This document shows, one piece after another, positions 41,738 through 49,674 of a stretch of 64,000 nucleotides of DNA. Position 1 is the first letter of the stretch; every line of letters starts with the position of its first letter. Below the pieces are notes generated by a model. That model was given only the letters and a program-made list of their open reading frames with translations. It was not told the origin of the DNA and ran no database searches. The stretch comes from an uncultured Alphaproteobacteria bacterium (GTDB lineage Bacteria > Pseudomonadota > Alphaproteobacteria > Rhizobiales > Xanthobacteraceae). The stretch is taken from NCBI GenBank assembly GCA_963832605.1, contig CAWHUO010000019.1:38108-102107 (forward strand), written 5' to 3'. The translations under genes were made by a program, and so were the position numbers.

Positions 41738-43266
41738 CTAGAGATCATGCCCCGCATACGAACAGTTGAACGACTTGTTGCAAAGTGGGAAGTCGGCGAC
41801 GATGTTGCCTTCGATCGCGGCTTCCAGCAGCGGCCATTGAAACCACGACGGATCGCGCAGGTGACAGCGATCGATGCGACGCCCGTCGAGTCGAACCCAC
41901 GCCAGCACATCACCGCGGAAGCCTTCGGCGAGACCCAACCCTTCGCCGCCGCTGTCGCCGACGCCATCGAGAGTGGTTGCTAACGGCCCGTCCGGAAGAC
42001 GCGTGAGAATCTGCTCGATCAGTTTCAGGGTTTGCTCGACCTCGCGGATGCGAATCCAGACCCGCGCATTGACATCGCCAGCGGTCAATACGGGTACCGC
42101 GAAATCGAGCTGATCATACGGGGCATAGCCGGGGGCTTTGCGTACATCAAAGTTGCGCCCACTGGCGCGTCCGACATAGCCAGCCGCTCCGAATTGCCGC
42201 GCCAGTTCGGCGCTGACGATACCGGTCGCAGCGGTGCGGTCCTGCAATGAGGCGGTGTTGTCGTAAAGCTCAACCAACCGCGGGAAGCGCTGGCCGATGT
42301 GCTGCAGAGTATCGCGCAGAAGCCTTATCCCGTCGGGGGCAAGATCGCTGGCGACACCGCCCGGTAAGTACCCGGTCCATCATCAGGCGATGACCAAAGC
42401 AGGCCATCGGCTGCGCGCAACACGTGTTCGCGCAGGATTCCGCAATGCGCATGCATGAGGGAAAAGGACGCGTCATTGCAGATGGCGCCGATGTCGCCGA
42501 AATGGTTTGCGAGCCTTTCGAGTTCCGCCATCAGCGCGCGGATATAACGCGCGCGCGGCGGCACTTCGATGTTCAGCGCTGCCTCGATGGCATGAGCAAA
42601 GGCGAGGCCGTAGGCGACGGTGCTATCGCCAGAGGTGCGCGCGGCAAGTTTCGCCGCCCGCTCGATCGTCGCGCCGGTCGTCAGCAACTCGATGCCCTTA
42701 TGCACATAGCCGAGGCGCTCTTCGAGCCGTACGACGGTCTCGCCGCCGGCGGTGAAGCGGAAGTGTCCGGGCTCGATGATGCCGGCATGCACCGGGCCGA
42801 CGGGAATCTGGTGCAAGGCTTCGCCTTCCGTCGGCAGAAACGTGTAGGCGGCTCGCTCGGCTGGTGCCGGTGTGCGCGCGCCGAGCGGATGTTGCACGTC
42901 CCAAAAGCCGAGATCGAGCCAGGGCCGCATATCCGGCGCGCCGACCGGCTCGTATCCGTAGAGGCTGTTAATCGCGCGCTCGAGGCGGATGGCTGGCGGA
43001 TGCACTGCGCCGACCGACGGAAACTTTCCGGCCGGGCATTCGAGGCTGATCACCGCGCCGTCGCCGGTTAAATCCTCGACGATCGCCATGTGGACCATGG
43101 GCACGACGCCGCTGTCGGCCCAGAGGCCGAAGAGCGTCGCCTGACCAGCGGCGATCTCGCTCGCGACGCGGCGCCAGACTTCTGCCGTCACGGTGAAGCG
43201 CGGCCAGGGCCGGTGACCGTCGACGCGGTCGCCCTCGGGGATGATGTCGAGAAGCGCAGCCATCAT
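41738..43266 (-). pseudogene. Fused NuoC/NuoD-like (HycE/HyfG-like) large subunit lacking Ni-Fe cysteine ligands; two frame changes near 42405 and 42365
   Basis: ATG at 43266, 1 nt after the upstream gene's stop. NuoC-like domain (HPPAIRLERAINSLYGYEPVGAPDMRPW). NuoD-like domain (PVGPVHAGIIEPGHFRF, LEERLGYVHKGIE). The L1 position reads LAARTSGDSTVAY and the C-terminal motif position reads NKSFNCSYAGHDL. Pieces are ORFs 42325..43410, 42270..42476 and 41738..42277. Confidence 0.85.
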
Positions 43267-43267
43267 C

Positions 43268-44707
43268 TTAGCCGAGCAGTCCAGCGACGTTCTGGAACCA
43301 GGCGACGAGTACGGGGGGCATGTAGATGCCGGCGGCCAGCACCAATCCAAGATGAGCGAACATCGGGACGTAGGAGGCCTGGGCCTTGGCATTGGAACCG
43401 TGCGGCTCACCGAAGGCGATGCTGTTGAGCCGCAGAAAGAGCCCGGCCAAGCCGACGAGAAGGCCGAAGACGAGAATGATCGCGAGCAACGGGGCGCGGG
43501 CGAACGTCGAGCTCACCACCAGAAATTCGCTCATGAAAATGCCGAGCGGCGGCAGCCCTGCGATCGCGACGACGCCAAGCACAAGACCCCAGCCGATGAC
43601 CGGATGAGTCTCAGTGAGGCCGCCGATATCGGCGATCCGCTGGCTGCCCTTGACCTGGGCGACATGGCCGACCGCAAAGAAGATCGCCGATTTGGTGAGC
43701 GAATGCATGGTCATGTGCAGGAGACCGGCAAAATTGGCGAGCGGACCGCCCATGCCGAACGCAAACGTGATGATCCCCATGTGCTCGATCGATGAATACG
43801 CGAACAGCCGTTTGATGTCGCGGCGGCGGTAGAGCATGAACGCCGCGAACACGAGGGAGATCAATCCGAGCGTCACCATCAGCGGGCCCGGCGCGAGCGC
43901 AGCCTGATTCACCGCCAGCAGCATTTTGAAGCGCAACAGAGCGTAAAGCGCGACGTTGAGCAGCAAGCCCGACAGCACCGCCGAGATCGGCGTCGGACCC
44001 TCGGCATGCGCATCGGGAAGCCAGGCGTGCAGCGGCGCGAGCCCGACCTTGGTGCCATAGCCCAGCAGCAGGAAGACAAAGGCGAGATTGAGCAGCGCCG
44101 GATCGAAATCGCCGGCGCGGGTGACGAGCACGGTCCAGACCATGGCGTCGAGACCTTCGCCGACCACCGGGCGCGCGGCCATATAGACGAGGATGGTGCC
44201 GAACAGCGCGAGCGCAATGCCGACGCTGCCGAGGATGAAGTATTTCCACGCGGCTTCGAGCGCCTCGTGGGTGCGGTAGATGCCGACCATCAGCACGGTA
44301 GTCAGCGTTGCCAGCTCGATCGCCACCCACATCAGACCGATGTTGTTGGCGACGAGCGCCAGATTCATCGCGAACATCAGGACTTGATACATGGCGTGGT
44401 AGAAGCGCACGAACGGCGGCGTCAGCCGTCCGATTTCCAGCTCATGGCCGATATAGCTTAAGCTGAACACACTGGTGGTGAAGCCGACGAAGGTCGTGAG
44501 CACGATGAACGTGCTGTTGAGATCGTCAACCAAAAGGTAGGGGCCGGGCGCCGGACGCTTGAAAAACAGCGAGAGCGCGCAGAGGAACGTCAGCGTCGTC
44601 GCCGCGACGTTAATCCGCGCCGTCGCCCGATAATCCGGCAGCACCGCCAACAGCGCGGCGGCCGCGGCGGGAATGAAGAGCACGCCGGTCAGAGCGTCGA
44701 AGTTCAT
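43268..44707 (-). CDS. NuoM/NuoN/HyfF-like antiporter-type membrane subunit
   Basis: 479 aa intact ORF, 14 predicted TM helices. Mrp/NuoLMN family signature regions (GYGTKVGLAPLHAWLPDAHAEGPTP). Confidence 0.9.
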   Translation of the reverse strand: MNFDALTGVLFIPAAAAALLAVLPDYRATARINVAATTLTFLCALSLFFKRPAPGPYLLVDDLNSTFIVLTTFVGFTTSVFSLSYIGHELEIGRLTPPFVRFYHAMYQVLMFAMNLALVANNIGLMWVAIELATLTTVLMVGIYRTHEALEAAWKYFILGSVGIALALFGTILVYMAARPVVGEGLDAMVWTVLVTRAGDFDPALLNLAFVFLLLGYGTKVGLAPLHAWLPDAHAEGPTPISAVLSGLLLNVALYALLRFKMLLAVNQAALAPGPLMVTLGLISLVFAAFMLYRRRDIKRLFAYSSIEHMGIITFAFGMGGPLANFAGLLHMTMHSLTKSAIFFAVGHVAQVKGSQRIADIGGLTETHPVIGWGLVLGVVAIAGLPPLGIFMSEFLVVSSTFARAPLLAIILVFGLLVGLAGLFLRLNSIAFGEPHGSNAKAQASYVPMFAHLGLVLAAGIYMPPVLVAWFQNVAGLLG

Positions 44708-45366
44708 CGGCGTTCTCCACGGAAGCGGTCGAGCGCCTGCACGTCGACCGTGTCAAAACGCTCGCGAATGCGGAACAGAAAGATTCCGATCACGATGAAG
44801 GCGATCAGGACGGAGAATGCGACGCTGATCTCAACCACGAGCGGCATGCCTTTGGCGCCGGTCGCCGCAAGTACGAGCCCATTCTCCAGCGACATGAAGC
44901 CGACCACCTGACTGACTGCATTTCTTCGCGTCACCATCATTAGCAGGCCGAGCAGCACCACTGAGAGGGCGAAAGCGAGATCCTCGCGCGCGATTGGATC
45001 AGCGCCGTGCGTCACGCGCAGCATGACCACCATGGACAGTGCCACCAGGCCCATGCCGGCAAGCATGGCGGGACCGACGCCTACCACCTTCTCGATCTCG
45101 CGGTGAATGCCGAGCCGCACAATGATCCGATGCAGCGAAATCGGAATGACGATCGCCTTGAAGACGAGTGCGATCGCCGCGGTGACGTAGAGATGCGGAG
45201 CATCCTGGACGAGAGCCTGCCAGGCGACCGAGGCGGACAGCACCAGCGCGTGCAGCGCGTAGGTGTTGATGAGCGCATAAAGCCGGTCCTGGTAGAGCTC
45301 GAGGAAGCTGATCAGCACCAGCAAGCCGGCGAGCAGATGGGCGATGTCGAATTCGAGCCGGCTCAT
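44704..45366 (-). CDS. HyfE-like membrane subunit
   Basis: ATG at 45366 (MSRLEFDIAHLLAGLLVLISF...), 220 aa, hydrophobic. The start overlaps the stop of the preceding reconstructed gene (TGATG). The stop overlaps the next gene's start. Confidence 0.8.
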   Translation of the reverse strand: MSRLEFDIAHLLAGLLVLISFLELYQDRLYALINTYALHALVLSASVAWQALVQDAPHLYVTAAIALVFKAIVIPISLHRIIVRLGIHREIEKVVGVGPAMLAGMGLVALSMVVMLRVTHGADPIAREDLAFALSVVLLGLLMMVTRRNAVSQVVGFMSLENGLVLAATGAKGMPLVVEISVAFSVLIAFIVIGIFLFRIRERFDTVDVQALDRFRGERR

Positions 45367-46323
45367 CAGAAGCTCCCAGACACGAACCGCAGCAGCGTCG
45401 CCAGGAGTCCGAGCATCAGGGCGACGCCGAGAAACTCCGGGACGCGGAACACGCGCATTTTGGCGATCGAGGTCTCGAACAGTCCGAGCAGGAAGCCGCC
45501 GACGGCAAGCTTTCCGACATAGGCGGCAATTCCGACGACGAGCGTCGGCAGTGCGGCAGCCGGCCGCTTCGATGCCCCATGGCGCGAACAGGCAGGCGAG
45601 CAGTGAAACGTAAAGGATGAGCTTGAGCGAGGACGACAGCTCGATCAGCGCCAGGTGCCGGCCGGAATATTCGAGCACCATCGCCTCATGCACCATCGTC
45701 AGCTCTAAATGTGTTGCCGGGTTGTCGACGGGGATACGGCCGTTCTCGGCGATCGCCACAATGACGAGGCCGACGAGCGCGAGGCCGAGCGAGACGCGCA
45801 ATCCAACCTGCGGCGACGCCATGAATTCGGCGACGGTCGAGAGCTGCGTCGAGCCGGCGATCAAAGCGAGCGTGAACACGAGCATGATCATCGCCGGCTC
45901 GGCGAGCGAGGCGATCATAACTTCGCGGCTTGATCCAATGCCGCCGAAGCTCGTGCCGACATCCATCCCGGCCAGTGCGAGGAAGAAGCGCCCGCTGCCG
46001 AGAAGAGCAATGATGGCGATGAGGTCGGCCGACCAGGAGAACAAAAGCCCGGTGCGGAAAGTCGGCACCAGCGAAGCTGCGACCCAGGTGGCGGCGAAGA
46101 TGAGGTAGGGGATGACGCGAAACAGCCACGAGGCGCTCTCCGCGAGCACTACCTCCTTGCGCATGAGCCGCACCAGATCGAGGTAAGGCTGAATGAGCGG
46201 CGGGCCCTCGCGGCGCAGCAGCCGCGCCTTCACCTTGCGCACGAACCCGGTGAACAGCGGCGCGAGGAGCAGCACCAACAGCATCTGTGTACCCTGAACG
46301 GTCAAATCGCGGATCAGGACCAT
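45366..46323 (-). pseudogene. NuoH/HycD/HyfC-like membrane subunit, one frameshift near 45555
   Basis: ATG at 46323 (MVLIRDLTVQGTQMLLVLLLAPLFTGFVRKVKARLLRREGPPLIQPY). After ...APWGIEAAG the listed frame turns into Arg-rich nonsense. My translation of the adjacent frame gives AALPTLVVGIAAYVGKLAVGGFLLGLFETSIAKMRVFRVPEFLGVALMLGLLATLLRFVSGSF*, ending at the hyfE-like start. Confidence 0.85.
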
Positions 46324-48326
46324 ATCGCAAGCACCAACAGCAAAATGACCAGGGCGCCGAATACCAGGGTCAGGAATTGGCGGATGGTCAGAAATTGCAG
46401 GCGATTGAGCCGGGTGGCGGTGGCGCCGATGCCGACAACAAGCGGCGCATAGAGCCAGTCCCAGACCGGATCGGAGAGCTCCACCCTGAACCGCGCCGGA
46501 CGCGTGTCGCCGGGCGGCGGCATCTCGACGTGCTCGCGGGCGTGGAAGACCATGGTGCCGAACACGCGGCGGATCGGCTGCGCGAAGCTCATGGCCGTGT
46601 ATTGCGTCGCCGGGCTCGCATCGGGATAGCCGCAATCCCAGGCCGGCGCGCGGCGCAACCGGTCCGAGGCGAAGCGGTGGATCGCGGACGCCGCGAGCGT
46701 GCCCGATATGATCATGAACAGAAAAACAAGCAGGCCGTCATAGGAGCTGCGGCTTGCGGCGATCGGGACGATCGAGAGCCATTGCGCGCCGATTTGCACC
46801 GGCATGCGCGCGCCGATCAGTGCCGATGAAACCGGCGCCAGCGCATCGATGAACAGAGCCGGGCAGGATTCCGGCGAGCAGGCACAGCAGCGCCAGAATG
46901 CAACATCGCGGCGAGCGAGAAGCGGTCAGTTTCGGCTGCGAGCTCGGCGGCGGCGCGTGCGCGGCCGGCCGAGAAACGTCACGCCGTAGGCCTTGACGAA
47001 GCAGGCGGCGGCGAGCGCCGCCGAGAGCGCCAGCAGTGCGCCGACGGCCGGTACCAGAAGCTTCAGCCCCCATGACGGCAGTTGCGGGCTCAGCAGGATC
47101 GCTTGGAACGTCAGCCATTCGGAGACAAAGCCATTGAGCGGCGGCAGCGCCGAGATCGCCGCGCAACCGACGAGGAAGACGAACGCGGTCTGCGGCATGC
47201 GGTGGATGAGGCCGCCGAGATGCTCCATGTCGCGTTCGCCGGTTGCGGTCAGCACCGCGCCGGCGCCGAAGAAGAGCAGACTCTTGAACAACGAATGATT
47301 GAACACGTGCAGCAGCGCCGGCGGTCAGCGCCAGCGCCGCGGCGAATGCCATGCCGTAAGTCTTGAAGGCGAGCGCGAGTCCGAGACCGATGAAGATGAT
47401 GCCGATATTTTCGACGGTGTGATAGGCGAGCAGACGCTTGAGATCGTGCTGCATCAGCGCATAGAGAACGCCCATGACGGCGGTGATACCGCCGACCGCG
47501 AGCACCACAATGCTCCACCACCAGGCAGCAGCGCCGGCAAGATCGAATACGATGCGCACGAAGCCGTAGACGGCGACCTTCGTCATCACGCCGCTCATCA
47601 GCGCGGAGACGTGGCTCGGCGCCGCCGGATGCGCGAGCGGAAGCCACACATGCAGCGGAACAACGCCAGCCTTCGAGCCCGCGCCAATGAGCGTGAGGAT
47701 AAGCGCCAACGCCCCAATCGTCGCGGAGGGATGCGCCGCGCGCATCTGCGCGAATGTATAAAGACCCTCCGGACCGGCGAGCAGGCCGAACGCCAGCAGC
47801 AAAGCGAGGGTGCCGAAACTCGCCATGACCAGATAGACGTAGCCGGCACGGACGTTCTCGGGCACGCGCGGGTGCGACATCACCAGCGCCCACGACGTCA
47901 GCGACATGAACTCCCAGCAGAACAGAAAAGTGAAGGCGTCATCGGCGACGACGACCAGCGTCATCCCCGCAAGAAACGCGGGATAGAACGGCAGCACGCG
48001 CTGCGGCGCCGTTTCATGTTCGCCATAGCCGAGCGCGAACAGGCTCGCGCTTGCGGCGCCGAGATCGACGACGATGAGGAAAAAAGCCGAGAGCGCGTCG
48101 AGCCGGAAATGCGCGCCAAGCCACGGCACGCCGAGCGGCAGCGTGACGCTGCAACGGTTCGGCCGCGCCGAGAAGATGTACCGCCGCGGCGACCAGCGAA
48201 ATCGCCGCAATGACCATGCTCGCGCCGTAGATAACGCGCGTGGCCGCTCGCGAGCGTCCGATGATCGACGGCGAAGGCTGCAAGCGCGAGCAGCATCGCG
48301 GCGCAGACAAGTGCGATCGTCAGCAT
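46314..48326 (-). pseudogene. NuoL/HyfB-like antiporter-type membrane subunit, about 6 frame changes
   Basis: Homologous sequence threads through ORFs 47961..48329, 48014..48310, 46738..48210 and 46926..47306. It then passes a short third-frame stretch (ETDRFSLAAML), the 46738 frame again (ILALLCLLAGILPGSV) and ORF 46314..46805. Switch points are about 48250, 48152, 47320, 46950, 46900 and 46840. Confidence 0.8.
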
Positions 48327-48580
48327 CACGTGGCCGACGTCTTTAGCCGCACGCCGCGCCCGCCATTTTGGCTCACCGTATTGTCGGAGATGAGTACAAT
48401 GCCGAGCGCGTCCAGCGCCGCGACAAGCTTCATCAGCGAATCGACGTTGCCCCGGATCACGCCGTCGCTCGCCTCCATGCGCTGAATGGTCGGTAGCGAC
48501 AGCCCGGCGGCTTCGGCAAGCCTGCGCTGATCAATGCCGAGAAGTGCGCGCGACGCCCGGAGCTGGCCGGCGGTAATCAT
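48326..48580 (-). CDS. XRE-family helix-turn-helix transcriptional regulator
   Basis: 84 aa. MITAGQLRASRALLGIDQRRLAEAAGLSLPTIQRMEASDG is a Cro/C1-type HTH. Its TGA shares one base with the ATG of the HyfB-like gene (TGATG at 48328-48324). Confidence 0.8.
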   Translation of the reverse strand: MITAGQLRASRALLGIDQRRLAEAAGLSLPTIQRMEASDGVIRGNVDSLMKLVAALDALGIVLISDNTVSQNGGRGVRLKTSAT

Positions 48581-48874
48581 GGGGTAAGACCGAATGATGC
48601 TTGGAATCGGTATTCTTACGCATATCCAATCTATATTGATGGCACAATCATATTTGCCACAATCGCCGAAAAGCGCCGAATACTACATCTGTCAGATTCG
48701 TGCTGGTTTTTTTATTTGGGATGCTTCCGGAATACGGCGGCCAAGCCAGCACTTCACGCCAAGTGTCGATCCATGGCGTCGCCGAAGCGCTCGCGCTCGT
48801 TGGCCGTGGCCCTTGGCTGTCTCGGCACGGCCTAGTTGGCACAGTCTGATGCATCAAGCACGCATTATGATGGT

Positions 48875-49010
48875 TTGAAAACTATATATCTAATATAGAT
48901 GTATAATATTGGACGTCTAAAATATATTAATACATGTTGAAGTCACATCTTTCGATATTTTATATCTAAGAAGTTCCAAATAAAGTATTTATTAACCAGC
49001 TCCGACTCTA
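48875..49010. other. Sharply AT-rich intergenic island (roughly 25% GC) in a roughly 65% GC background
   Basis: Direct reading gives aaaactatatatctaatatagatgtataatattggacgtctaaaatatattaatacatgttgaagtcacatctttcgatattttatatctaagaagttccaaataaagtatttattaacc. TATATCTAA occurs twice. There is a short inverted repeat, ATCTA-ATA-TAGAT, at 48888-48900. Confidence 0.8.
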
Positions 49011-49062
49011 CTTATGTTTGACAAGTTCCGTCGGTCGGAACGTCCGATTGGGGCAAGAGGGC

Positions 49063-49634
49063 ATGAGTGATCCAACCGTATCTGCCGAGGCCGTTGGAGG
49101 CCTGCCAGAGCCGCGCAATCAATCGGTACAGGACGCCTCCGGCGAAGCGCGGCCGATTGCCACGCTACAGAGCCGAACCAAGTCATCAGCTTCGCTATTG
49201 GCGATGAGCAATACGGTGTCGACATTGTGGCAGTCCGCGAGATCAGGGTCTGGTCGGAGGTCACTCAGCTGCCCGGCCAGCCGGACTCCGTGCGCGGCGT
49301 GCTTAATCTTCGCGGTGCTGTTGTTGCCGTTATCGACCTGCGCTGTCGGCTAGGCCAAGGCCGGACCGAGGCAACGCCGCTGCATATCGCAATCATCGTG
49401 CAGATGGCGGCGCGACAGATCGGCCTCCTCGCCGATCGCGTACTGGACATCATCTCTTTTGAGGCCTCCCAGATGCAGCCCGTACCGCGAATTGGCGACG
49501 GCTCGGATGCCGGTTTTCTCGCCGGTTTGGTCACGACTGGGGACGGCATGATCGCGCTCATCGATCTGCCCAATCTTCTATCGGTTGAGATCGACGACGA
49601 GGACGGGGCTCAGACCATTTCTGCGTTTGCGTGA
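49063..49634 (+). pseudogene. cheW: Chemotaxis coupling protein CheW, probable frameshift near 49150
   Basis: The CheW domain (QVISFAIGDEQYGVDIVAVREIRVWSEVTQLPGQPDSVRGVLNLRGAVVAVIDL...) lies in the frame of ORF 49227..49634, which is open back to 49071 without a start. A plausible ATG at 49063 (MSDPTVSAEAV) is in another frame. Confidence 0.8.
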
Positions 49635-49674
49635 ACCAAGATCGGATCCTTCAAATCGACGTGGGGGAATTGTC

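Noticed and set aside
48640-48856. Two sigma-54-like TGGCAC elements (TGGCACAATCATATTTGCC at about 48640; TGGCACAGTCTGATGCA at about 48837)
   Set aside because: The spacing between the GG and GC dinucleotides is wrong, at 13 and 11 nt instead of the strict 10. They are therefore not credible -24/-12 promoters.
48594-48878. 94-aa ORF next to the AT-rich island
   Set aside because: Its composition is heterogeneous, its sequence is Trp/Arg-rich and implausible, and it has no RBS. I treat it as intergenic.
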